DNA of 18,377 nt. It comes from a bacterium (GTDB lineage Bacteria; Zhuqueibacterota; Zhuqueibacteria; Oceanimicrobiales; Oceanimicrobiaceae). Of this stretch, positions 8,022-16,702 are shown one piece after another. Position 1 is the stretch's first letter; every line of letters starts with the position of its first letter. The notes beneath the pieces were generated by a model. The model was not told the origin of the DNA. It made no database searches and was given only the letters and a program-made list of their open reading frames with translations. Location: the NCBI GenBank assembly GCA_046757025.1, contig JBHHXN010000105.1, positions 1 to 18,377 on the forward strand, given 5' to 3'. The position numbers were made by a program, and so were the translations under genes.

Positions 8022-9245
8022 TTGGCAGGAAAAACAAAACAACAATCAGAGCGTAAATCGGAGCGGTTTCAAAACTGGCTGACGTCGGTAAAAAGCCGCC
8101 GATTAAAGCTGCTCGATTCTTTAACCGAGCTGCAGGAGCTGGTGCAGCAGATGTTTCGGGAAACCGAGCACGAACAGCGCTTACGATTTTTGGACCAAGC
8201 CACCAAAAAGTTTTTGGATTCGTGCTATCCCGAATTAAGCCAAGTAGAACAAATTAAGCTTCATCTCTGGAAAGGGCACAGTTATGAAATATTCGGAGCC
8301 TGGCAAAAAGCCCTGACCGCGTACGAGAGGGTGGTCAAGCTCAGTGATTCCGACGATTTTCAGGCCTGCAAGGCGGAAGCGTACCGCTGGATTGGCCACA
8401 TTCATTTGATGCAGAACAACTGGACAGACGCGTTCAAATCCTATGAAGAAAGCCTGAAATTGTCCAGGGAATGTGGCGATGAAAAAAACGAAGCCAACGC
8501 CTACAACGGCATCGCCTGTTATTATTTTGAACAGGCGAGTTTAAACAACGCCAAAATCTTTTGGGAAAAAGCCTTAGAGCTGGCTGAAAAAATGAACGAC
8601 GCACGATTGATAGCACAGATGAACAACAATTTAGGCGCCGTGGCCAATGTCATGGGTTTATGGGAGCAAGCTTTGGCTCACTATTCCGAAAGCCTGCCTC
8701 GGTTTGAGAAAATTGGCGATCACCGCGGGCTGGCTGAGACCTGCCACAATATGGCCATGACCTACACCGATGCCGAACGCTGGGCCGAAGCCGGCGCTCA
8801 GTACGAGCGCAGTTATCAGTTAGCCAAAGAAATTGGCGATGTGCGCCTGCAGGCCACGGTGAAACTGAATCGCGTAGAATTGTACACACATATCGGGGAT
8901 TTCAGGTTAGCCGAGGTGTTGTGCCAGCAAGCGCTGCAAACCTTTTTGAATTTGGAAGACCGCCTGGGAGAAGCCGATGTGTACAAATGGTTTGGCGTTA
9001 TTTTAAGTGAAAATCGCGACTGGGCTGCGGCTAAATCCCACTTCGAAAAAAGTATCGGCATCACCCGCAAATTTAAAAACGCGCTGTGCGAAGCCGAATG
9101 TCAATTTGAATACGGCCGCATGTGGAAGCTCAAAGGAAAAGAGAAGTCCGCTCGCAAGCATTTACAACTGGCTCTGGATTTATTCTCTCAGCTTAACGCC
9201 GAAAAGGAGATCATCAAAGTTAGAAAAGAACTGGCCGAGCTTTAA
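8022..9245 (+). CDS. Stand-alone tetratricopeptide repeat protein (40-aa period, MalT/LGN-like TPRs)
   Basis: TTG start with AGGA upstream. About 70-aa helical N-terminus, then about 8 repeats of about 40 aa (e.g. GDEKNEANAYNG.., NDARLIAQMNNNLG.., GDHRGLAETCHNMA.., GDVRLQATVKLN..). No signal peptide, HTH or enzyme motif seen. Confidence 0.88.
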   Translation: MAGKTKQQSERKSERFQNWLTSVKSRRLKLLDSLTELQELVQQMFRETEHEQRLRFLDQATKKFLDSCYPELSQVEQIKLHLWKGHSYEIFGAWQKALTAYERVVKLSDSDDFQACKAEAYRWIGHIHLMQNNWTDAFKSYEESLKLSRECGDEKNEANAYNGIACYYFEQASLNNAKIFWEKALELAEKMNDARLIAQMNNNLGAVANVMGLWEQALAHYSESLPRFEKIGDHRGLAETCHNMAMTYTDAERWAEAGAQYERSYQLAKEIGDVRLQATVKLNRVELYTHIGDFRLAEVLCQQALQTFLNLEDRLGEADVYKWFGVILSENRDWAAAKSHFEKSIGITRKFKNALCEAECQFEYGRMWKLKGKEKSARKHLQLALDLFSQLNAEKEIIKVRKELAEL

Positions 9246-9322
9246 CTGAAAAGAAACAGTTTCGCTTAAAAAAAACAAACGATTGGGCCGCCTGGAAAAC
9301 GATCACCAATCGCTTGATATAA

Positions 9323-9417
9323 CCTTGACCGGGTCATTTCGGTAAAGAACCGAAAAGGAGCGAGCCAGCCTGCGGAGTATTTGTGCTTGCGGGTCGCTCA
9401 CAGAACAAGGCTTTTTT
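9323..9417 (+). other. Multi-stem structured element ending in a U-tract (possible terminator, attenuator or ncRNA)
   Basis: CCTTG (9323-27) pairs with CAAGG (9406-10) and encloses the hairpins TTTCGGT/ACCGAAA (9337-55) and GAGCGA..TCGCTC (9358-99). T6 follows at 9412-17. Confidence 0.4.
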
Positions 9418-9684
9418 AATGTAAAAAATTCAAAACGAAAAATCAACAAAAGGTAACAACAAAATGAAAAAGGCGCAAATTTGCTCAATTTCCTGAGAGG
9501 GGTTTTGATGAGGGATGTCCGATTCCTGGTCTATTCGCAATTGATATGAATCCGTGACCTTCTTGGAGTTTCCTTAGCCAAAACAGATTGAAATATCGAT
9601 TTCGGACTATCTGAAAACCATCGTTGACATCCCTCACCTTTTTCAAATATGACTCATTTTTTACTAAATAAAAAGGTATCTAAG

Positions 9685-10863
9685 ATGTGCAAAAATAGAA
9701 TTCTCTTTTATTCACACGATGCATACGGAATGGGGAATATCCGTCGCACTCTGGCGATTTGTGAAAAACTCACGAAGTCCATTTCGGACATTTCGATTTT
9801 GATTCTCACAGGCTCCCCGGTGATCCACGCTTTGAGAATTCCAGAAAAAGTCGATTACATCAAGCTGCCCTGTTTAACTCGCAACGAGTGCGAAACCTTC
9901 ACGCCCAAGTACTGGAACATGAGTTTAAAAGAGCTCATGGCCTTCCGATCGGATTTGATTCTTTCGGCCATCAAAAGCTTTAACCCCAATCTGGTTGTGG
10001 TGGACAAAAAGCCGCTGGGTATCAAACAGGAGTTTATGACCGCACTGCGATACATCAAAGTTTATCTGCCCGACACCAAAATCGTTCTGGGTTTACGGGA
10101 CATTCTGGACGATCCGGCCACGACGATTCCCATCTGGCAAAATCAGGGCTATTTTGATGTCATTCGCGACTTTTACGACCAGGTGTGGATTTATGGCGCC
10201 CGGGATATTTTTGACACCATCAAAGAATACCAGTTCCCAAAATCGGTGGCAGAAAAAGCGGTTTTTACCGGCTACCTCGGTAAATCTCAGGGATCATCAG
10301 ATAGATTAAAAGTGCGGACGGAGCTGGGACTGAACGGCGGGCTGTTTTCACTGGTGATGGTCGGCGGCGGCGGGGACGGCGTTTCCATTCTACAAAATTA
10401 TATTCAAGGGGTGAAATCGAATGGTACAAATCGCCATTTTGACAGCCTGCTGATCGGCGGTCCCGAAATGCCCAAAGCACACCGCCAGAAAATTCAGCAG
10501 TTCTGCAGCAACGGCCTGCCGGTGAGATTCCAGGAATTTTCCGATGAAATTGAAAACATGCTGCTGGCCGCCGACGTGGTGGTGTCCATGGGCGGCTACA
10601 ATTCATCCTGTGAAGTGCTCTCCTTCCGCAAAAAAGCCGTGATCATTCCGCGCATCGAGCCGGTCAAGGAGCAGTACATCCGCGCCAAACGATTGTCCGA
10701 ACTGGGTTTGGTCAATATGATTCACCCAGATGAGCTGACTCCTGCGTTGCTCATGCAATCCATCGAACGCACCGCGGCTCAGGACGATCTGATTGCCAAC
10801 GTACAAAACAAAATCGATCTCAATGGACTGCAGCGCATTGCGGAAATGGTTCAAGAATGTTAG
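9685..10863 (+). CDS. Predicted glycosyltransferase (COG4671, GT28/GT1-like GT-B fold)
   Basis: Motifs ILFYSHDAYGMGNIRR, LGLRDILD, VGGGGDG, SMGGYN, PRIEPVKEQYIRA. ATG 9685 (AAGG upstream) preferred; alternative start 9649. Confidence 0.87.
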   Translation: MCKNRILFYSHDAYGMGNIRRTLAICEKLTKSISDISILILTGSPVIHALRIPEKVDYIKLPCLTRNECETFTPKYWNMSLKELMAFRSDLILSAIKSFNPNLVVVDKKPLGIKQEFMTALRYIKVYLPDTKIVLGLRDILDDPATTIPIWQNQGYFDVIRDFYDQVWIYGARDIFDTIKEYQFPKSVAEKAVFTGYLGKSQGSSDRLKVRTELGLNGGLFSLVMVGGGGDGVSILQNYIQGVKSNGTNRHFDSLLIGGPEMPKAHRQKIQQFCSNGLPVRFQEFSDEIENMLLAADVVVSMGGYNSSCEVLSFRKKAVIIPRIEPVKEQYIRAKRLSELGLVNMIHPDELTPALLMQSIERTAAQDDLIANVQNKIDLNGLQRIAEMVQEC

Positions 10864-12107
10864 CTGAAAAAACCATGAATGAAAACACTCTAAAATACCG
10901 CGGATTGGGCTATCTACTCAGCGGCTTCCCGCGCCTCTCTGAGACCTTTATCTTGAATGAGGTGCTGGAATTGCAGCGACTGGGCGTGGCGCTGACGATT
11001 TTCTCGCTCAAGCAGGGCGCAAATCCGTCTCCTGAAAAGGAGCTTGCGCGTTTAAAATCTCCGGTGGTGTATGTGCCCGAGGTTATTACGCGCTGTTTTT
11101 TGAAAGAGGCGCTGTGGGCCATGGGATTTTTATTTTTTCAAAGGCCGGGTAAATACCTGCAGGTATCGGCACGATTTCTCCTGACCGGGAAAAAGGAGCG
11201 CTTTTTTTCAACTTTCCTGAGTTTTTTACGCTGGAATTGGCTGTCCGTTCGGATGCAGAAAAAGCACATCAAGCGCGTGCACGCGCATTTCGCGCACGAC
11301 CCGGCCACCATGGCCTACTGGATTTCACAGCTCCTGCCGTGCCCTTTCAGCTTTACCGCGCACGCCAAAGATATCTACTGCTACTCGAAAAAATGGCTGA
11401 AACGGAAAATTCACCAGGCGCAATTTGTGGTGACCTGCACGCAATACAACCAGACATACTGCCAGCAAGTTTCAGACAACGGCACGCCCATCTACCCGAT
11501 TTACCACGGTATCGATCTGGCGAAATTCAAGCGGCGGTCGTTTTCACAGGCCCACAAGCTTCTCGTTCTTTCTGTGGGACGTTTAATCGAGAAAAAAGGT
11601 TTTGCCGATCTGATCGCGGCCTGCGCACAGTTAAAATCTCGCAAACGAAATTTTACCTGCCAGATCGCCGGCGACGGACCCCTGCGCGGTTTTCTGCATA
11701 GATTGATCGACCAGTCTGGCTTGCACGATTGCGTGCAATTGTTGGGGGTGAAAACGCCGGCGGAGCTGATCGAGCTTTATCAGCGCGCCGACGTTTTCGT
11801 GCTACCGTGCTGCATCACGGAGGACGGCGATCGCGATGGTGTGCCCAACGTCATTCTCGAAGCCATGGCCATGGAATTGCCGGTGGTTTCCACGTGCATT
11901 TCCGGCATTCCGGAAGCGGTGCAGGATGGAGAAACCGGCTTGCTGGTGCAGCCAAACCAACCTGCTGAAATCGCCCGCGCCATCGAAGACCTTTTTTCCA
12001 GCCCCACCCGCGCCAGACAAATGGGGCAGGCCGGACGCCGTCTGATCAGGAACCATTTTGAATTGCACAAAAATGTGCGAACGCTAAAGGAGCTGCTGTT
12101 CTCATGA
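10857..12107 (+). CDS. Glycosyltransferase family 4 (WcaL/AmsK-like)
   Basis: Motifs FPRLSETFILNE, HAHFA, SFTAHAKDI, SVGRLIEKKG, DRDGVPNVILEAMA. Alternative start 10875. Confidence 0.92.
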   Translation: MLAEKTMNENTLKYRGLGYLLSGFPRLSETFILNEVLELQRLGVALTIFSLKQGANPSPEKELARLKSPVVYVPEVITRCFLKEALWAMGFLFFQRPGKYLQVSARFLLTGKKERFFSTFLSFLRWNWLSVRMQKKHIKRVHAHFAHDPATMAYWISQLLPCPFSFTAHAKDIYCYSKKWLKRKIHQAQFVVTCTQYNQTYCQQVSDNGTPIYPIYHGIDLAKFKRRSFSQAHKLLVLSVGRLIEKKGFADLIAACAQLKSRKRNFTCQIAGDGPLRGFLHRLIDQSGLHDCVQLLGVKTPAELIELYQRADVFVLPCCITEDGDRDGVPNVILEAMAMELPVVSTCISGIPEAVQDGETGLLVQPNQPAEIARAIEDLFSSPTRARQMGQAGRRLIRNHFELHKNVRTLKELLFS

Positions 12108-13378
12108 AAGCCAAAAAGAAAATCGCCTATTTGCTGAAAATGTTTCCCCGCTTTGCCGAGACTTTTATTCTAAATGAGATTTTAGAGCTGGAACGGCAAG
12201 GAGTAGTTTTGCAGCTCATTTCGCTAAAACGACCGAACGAATCTTTCCGCCAGGAAAATGCGATCCGGGTCAAGTCGCCGGTGTTTTATGTGCCGGAGCC
12301 CATCGCGCTGCTGCCGGTGCTGTTTCTGCTCAACTTGAAATCCATGTGGCCGGTGCTGAAAGCCAATTACCAGCTTTACCGTCAGGATCCGCAGCGCTAC
12401 CGCCGGGCCTGGCGGATATGCGCAGACATGAAAAATTTAAAAGCGAAAAAGCGCTTTTTGGCGGCTGGCGTGGTGGCAAAGTTTCTAAAGGAAAAAGGTG
12501 TGGAGCATTTACACGCGCATTTCGCTAACGATCCGGCCACGGTTGCCCGGTTTGTGCACGCGCTTACCGGCATTCCGTACAGCTTTACTGCGCATGCCAA
12601 GGATATTTTCCTGTCGCCACAAACGGTCCTGCGAGATAAAATCCACACCGCAAAGTTTGTGGTGACCTGCACGAAATACAATCGGCGCTACCTGCAAAAC
12701 CTTTCCCGAAATGGTACGCCCATTCATACCGTGTATCACGGGCTGGATGACGGCATTTTTTCCAACAGCAACGTGAGGCGAGCCAAGGAACGTCTGCCGG
12801 CTGCTGGAATAGGCGCCCCGCCCCTGATTTTAAGCGTGGGACGTCTGGTGGAGAAAAAAGGCTTCGATGTTTTGCTCGAGGCCTGCCAGATTCTGCGCAA
12901 AGAACGGCTGCTATTTCGATGCGAGATCATCGGAGAAGGACCCATGGCGGAAAGACTCAGCCGGCTGCTGCTGGAATTCGATCTCAAAGAACAGGTTCAA
13001 ATTTTAAAATTCATCCCGCAGGAAAAGCTGGTTAAAAAATACCCGCAGGCGAAGGTGTTTGCGCTTCCTTGCCAAATTACACGCAATGGCGATCGGGACG
13101 GCATTCCCAACGTTTTGCTGGAAGCCATGGCCATGGGACTGCCGGTGGTCGCCACCGATGTATCCGGCATTTCGGAAGTGGTGGTACCGTTTAAAAACGG
13201 CATTCTGGTGCCGCCCCAAAATCCGCAAGCGCTGGCAGCGGCGATGAAAGAAGTCTTGACAAATCAGCAAGCGTATCGTCATTTCATTACAGCCGCAAAG
13301 AAGCTGGTCAATGAAAATTTCAATTTAACCAACAACGTCACCCAGTTGAAGAACTTATTTGAAGAAAATTGCAGATGA
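12104..13378 (+). CDS. Glycosyltransferase family 4 (WcaL/AmsK-like), paralogue of the preceding gene
   Basis: Motifs FPRFAETFILNE, HAHFA, SFTAHAKDI, SVGRLVEKKG, DRDGIPNVLLEAMA. ATGA overlap with the upstream gene. Confidence 0.92.
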   Translation: MKAKKKIAYLLKMFPRFAETFILNEILELERQGVVLQLISLKRPNESFRQENAIRVKSPVFYVPEPIALLPVLFLLNLKSMWPVLKANYQLYRQDPQRYRRAWRICADMKNLKAKKRFLAAGVVAKFLKEKGVEHLHAHFANDPATVARFVHALTGIPYSFTAHAKDIFLSPQTVLRDKIHTAKFVVTCTKYNRRYLQNLSRNGTPIHTVYHGLDDGIFSNSNVRRAKERLPAAGIGAPPLILSVGRLVEKKGFDVLLEACQILRKERLLFRCEIIGEGPMAERLSRLLLEFDLKEQVQILKFIPQEKLVKKYPQAKVFALPCQITRNGDRDGIPNVLLEAMAMGLPVVATDVSGISEVVVPFKNGILVPPQNPQALAAAMKEVLTNQQAYRHFITAAKKLVNENFNLTNNVTQLKNLFEENCR

Positions 13379-14775
13379 ACACTTTGCACAATTTAAATAA
13401 ACCCGGCCAAGCGCCCGGCGCGCCCGATTCCAGACGGCTGGTTCCGCAAAAGACGGATTCCCGCATCAGCACGTTGGCGCCAGAAATGGCGGCTGTGCAG
13501 GCGTCCCTGCAACAGCAAATGGTGTCCGAATCGCGATTAGCATCCCTGAAACTGGTCTGGATAAAAATCCATCCTCAGGAAGGACTGCGCTTACTGTACC
13601 AGGCCGAGTCTGAGGACGAGCAGCACTATTTTTTTGGCCGCAGCTTGCCGCTTGCGGACGGCCTAAAATATGAAGCAAAAATCAACCGGCTCTTTAGCGA
13701 GCACAAATATCAGACCCGTTTGCAGCGATTTCGGCAGCCCGCCATTTACTCTGCGGAGCTGAGCATGTTGTTTCAGTTTTTCCCAGCCGACTGGCGGCTG
13801 CCGTTTCTGGTTCCCGCCACGGATGCGGAAGTCATGCGGAAAATTCTGACTCAGGTTTTGGGAACCGAACGAGATGCTCAAGCCATCTCGGCGGTAAGCG
13901 TGAAAGTGGTGCAATACAAACCGCAGCGCAAGTGTCTGATTCAATATCAGCTCCAGTTGCACGCTCCCAATCAAAGTGAGCTAACGACTGAATTTGTTTA
14001 CGGCAAAGTTTTTCGCAAAGCTGAGCGGGTGTTTGAAAACCTGCAGAAAATCCACGGCGCATGGCACTCAAGTGTGTTTGAGATTCCCCGGCCTCTGGGT
14101 TTGGTTCCAGAGCTGCGACTGATGCTACTCAGCCATCTGCCCGGCCGGCATCTGTCGCTTCTGACCGAGTCCGCCGGTTTCGGTCAACTGTGTCAGGAGA
14201 TTGCCCGCGGTCTGTTGGAATTCCAGCAGACACCGGTGCTGCTGGATGAAGTCAAAGGGCGGTCGGATGAGCTGCGTGAGCTGAACACGTGGGGGGAAGA
14301 ATTTGCCCGGGCCTGGCCAAAAGAAGCCGGGCGCATTCGTCGACTGGTGGCGATTTTGGGGAGCCGTCTAACTTGTGCGCCGCTGCTGCAGGGTTTGGTG
14401 CACGGCGATTTCCATGTGGCCAACCTGTTAGTGGACAGCGAGCGTTTGGGGCTGCTGGATTTTGAAAATTGTTTCATGGGCAATCCGGCCATCGATGTGG
14501 GCTCGTTTTATGCGCAGCTCAAACTGCTGTCGCTGAAAGTGTACGCCGATTCGCAGGCTTTGCAGACCAGCATCGAAGCCTTCCTGGAAACCTACCTGCG
14601 AGGTTGTACCGATGACGTGCGCGAAAGCGTGTCCACTTACTGTGCTCTGAGCTGTTTGTGGTGTGCCTATTTTCAGTGTCTGCTGCGCCCGGTAAAAGCC
14701 GGCTGGCTTGAGCGCGCCCACGTCATGTTGCAGCTTTGTGAAGAAATTTTGGCTAAAGGATTTGACCATGTTTGA
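13375..14775 (+). CDS. Aminoglycoside-phosphotransferase-like (APH/choline kinase fold) kinase
   Basis: Catalytic loop LVHGDFHVANLL, LLDFE, VYGKVF (ATP-binding Lys), GNPAIDVG. ATG 13375 forms an ATGA overlap; the ORF track's TTG 13369 is less likely. Confidence 0.85.
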   Translation: MNTLHNLNKPGQAPGAPDSRRLVPQKTDSRISTLAPEMAAVQASLQQQMVSESRLASLKLVWIKIHPQEGLRLLYQAESEDEQHYFFGRSLPLADGLKYEAKINRLFSEHKYQTRLQRFRQPAIYSAELSMLFQFFPADWRLPFLVPATDAEVMRKILTQVLGTERDAQAISAVSVKVVQYKPQRKCLIQYQLQLHAPNQSELTTEFVYGKVFRKAERVFENLQKIHGAWHSSVFEIPRPLGLVPELRLMLLSHLPGRHLSLLTESAGFGQLCQEIARGLLEFQQTPVLLDEVKGRSDELRELNTWGEEFARAWPKEAGRIRRLVAILGSRLTCAPLLQGLVHGDFHVANLLVDSERLGLLDFENCFMGNPAIDVGSFYAQLKLLSLKVYADSQALQTSIEAFLETYLRGCTDDVRESVSTYCALSCLWCAYFQCLLRPVKAGWLERAHVMLQLCEEILAKGFDHV

Positions 14776-16522
14776 GAATAGGCGAAAAAGCAGTTTGGCC
14801 TTTTTCCTGGAGAATTTGAAACCGCACCGCCGGGCTTTCGCACTGATATTCATTTTGACGCTGGCGGGCATCGCTACCGAGCTGCTCAAACCCTGGCCGC
14901 TGAAATTTGTCATCGATTATTTGACCACCGGCAACGCAAACCACGGTGCGCGCGGTCGGTTTTTGCCAGAAGCTGTCACCGAATCCGTGACCTATTTTCT
15001 CGCGTTCATCGCCGGTTTCATTTTGCTGCTGGCTTTGTCCGACGGCCTCATTCGCTACTTCGACACCTATTTGCAGAAGAAAACCGGCGGCGAAATTATC
15101 AGCCGATTGCGGTTTCGGTTGTTTGCACACATCCAGCGTCTAAGCTTGTCGTTTCACAACAGCCACCGCAGCGGCGAGTTGGTCAACCGCATCACCGGCG
15201 ACACCCTCTATCTGGAGACCATCTTTTCGGAAAGCATTTCGGCGGTGGTGAAAGGTCTCCTGCAGATTCTGGGCATGGCGACGGTCATGATGTGGATGGA
15301 CTGGCAAATGATGTTGGTGGCGCTGGTTCTGGCTCCGCTGCTTTTTCTGATAGCCGTTCATTTCACTCGAAAAATCAAAAAGGCTTCCCGCACGCAGCGG
15401 CATCGGGAAGGCAACCTGGCCTCCATCGCTCAGGAGACCATCTCCGCCATCGAAATTGTCAAAGCTTACAACCGCGAGCGTTACTCGGATGAGGTTTTTC
15501 AGACTGAAAATTCAGCCAATTTACAGGCCTCGCTGGCGGCCACCAGCGTGGAAGCCAAGTTCATGCCGGTGGTGCAGAGCGTCACCGCGGTGGGGGTGGT
15601 CATCGTGGTTTGTTTCGGTATTCTGCGGGTGCAGGCCGGGGTGCTGACGCCCGGCGATTTGTGGGTTTTTCTTTCTTATTTGAAAGCGTTTTATCGGCCG
15701 CTGAAAGATCTCTCCAGGCAGCTCCGCCGACTGATGCACGGACACGTGCGCTGGGAGAAAATCACCGAGCTTTTACAAATGCCATCGTGGCTGAACGAGT
15801 CGCGCTTTGGCACCGCACCGGCTTTTCGCGGTGACATCGAATTTCAGAACGTGAATTTTACTTACGGCGAAAATGGGCCGGTGTTAAAGAATGTCGATTT
15901 AAAAATTCGCGCCGGTGAAAAAATCGCGCTCATCGGTCCCACTGGCTCCGGCAAATCGACCCTGTTGAGTCTGCTGGCACAACTGTACGAACCCAGCGCC
16001 GGTAAAATCTTTATCGATGGCCAGGATATTCAGCGCTTCAACCCGGAGTCCATTCGCGAGCAGATGAGTTTTGTGCTGCAGGATACCTTGTTGTTCAGAA
16101 CCACCATCCGAGAGAACATCGCTTACGGTCGGCTAGACGCTTCTTTTGAGGAAATTGTGGCCGCTGCCCGCCAGGCACGCATTCACGATTTTATTGTGAC
16201 GCTGCCGGCGGGTTACGACACCATCGTCGGCGAGCGCGGCTCTACGCTCTCCGGCGGACAGCGGCAGAGACTGGCGGTTGCCCGTGCTATTTTACGGAAT
16301 TCAAGAATCATTATTTTAGATGAGCCAACTACGGGGTTGGATGCAGTGACTGAATCAGCGCTCTGGGATGAGTTCACTCAATTGACCCAAGATAGGACTA
16401 CGATACTCGTTTCCCACCAACCCCAGTTGGCTATTAAGATGGACCGAGTTTACTACCTGGAAAACGGTCGGCTCATCGAAATCACGGAGCCGGAGAAGTT
16501 CTTGAATTTAAGAGTCGCGTAG
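14768..16522 (+). CDS. ABC exporter, fused TMD+NBD (MsbA-like)
   Basis: TM region (LKPWPLKFVID, RLSLSFH...SGEL), Walker A GPTGSGKST, LSGGQRQR, IIILDEPT, VSH. ATG 14768 has AAAGGA upstream and overlaps the kinase stop; the ORF track starts at 14708. Confidence 0.92.
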   Translation: MFENRRKSSLAFFLENLKPHRRAFALIFILTLAGIATELLKPWPLKFVIDYLTTGNANHGARGRFLPEAVTESVTYFLAFIAGFILLLALSDGLIRYFDTYLQKKTGGEIISRLRFRLFAHIQRLSLSFHNSHRSGELVNRITGDTLYLETIFSESISAVVKGLLQILGMATVMMWMDWQMMLVALVLAPLLFLIAVHFTRKIKKASRTQRHREGNLASIAQETISAIEIVKAYNRERYSDEVFQTENSANLQASLAATSVEAKFMPVVQSVTAVGVVIVVCFGILRVQAGVLTPGDLWVFLSYLKAFYRPLKDLSRQLRRLMHGHVRWEKITELLQMPSWLNESRFGTAPAFRGDIEFQNVNFTYGENGPVLKNVDLKIRAGEKIALIGPTGSGKSTLLSLLAQLYEPSAGKIFIDGQDIQRFNPESIREQMSFVLQDTLLFRTTIRENIAYGRLDASFEEIVAAARQARIHDFIVTLPAGYDTIVGERGSTLSGGQRQRLAVARAILRNSRIIILDEPTTGLDAVTESALWDEFTQLTQDRTTILVSHQPQLAIKMDRVYYLENGRLIEITEPEKFLNLRVA

Positions 16523-16530
16523 GAAAAGAA

Positions 16531-16565
16531 GGAAGATTGAGAATGGAAGATAGAGAATAGAGGAT
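16531..16565 (+). repeat. Degenerate heptamer tandem repeat
   Basis: GGAAGAT TGAGAAT GGAAGAT AGAGAAT AGAGGAT, five units with consensus NGARRAT. Confidence 0.65.
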
Positions 16566-16611
16566 TGAATTTTGGAACAATGTGTAGTCGAAATTTCAAG
16601 CTGGATCGATT

Positions 16612-16642
16612 TCCCCCCTTGAGGGAGGACAAAGGGGGGTGT
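16612..16642. repeat. C-run/G-run REP-like palindrome
   Basis: TCCCCCCTTGAGGGAGGACAAAGGGGGGTGT. CCCCCCTT (16613-20) pairs with AAGGGGGG (16632-39); alternative pairing with AGGGAGGA. Confidence 0.55.
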
Positions 16643-16702
16643 CGAGTACCGGACCATGTAAAAAATCGAGGAAGCTACTAAAATAGAATGAGCTAATTCA
16701 AT

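Noticed and set aside
9309..9420. c-di-AMP (ydaO) riboswitch, suggested by ATCGCTT
   Set aside because: The other conserved blocks (GGGGGACC, GGGTGAA, CCCGTCAGCTAAC) are absent.
9471..9485. AGGCGCAAATTTGCT as a sigma54 promoter or c-di-GMP-I riboswitch core upstream of the GT operon
   Set aside because: Spacing is GG-N9-GC, and there is no GNRA-capped stem before GGCGCAAA as the riboswitch requires.
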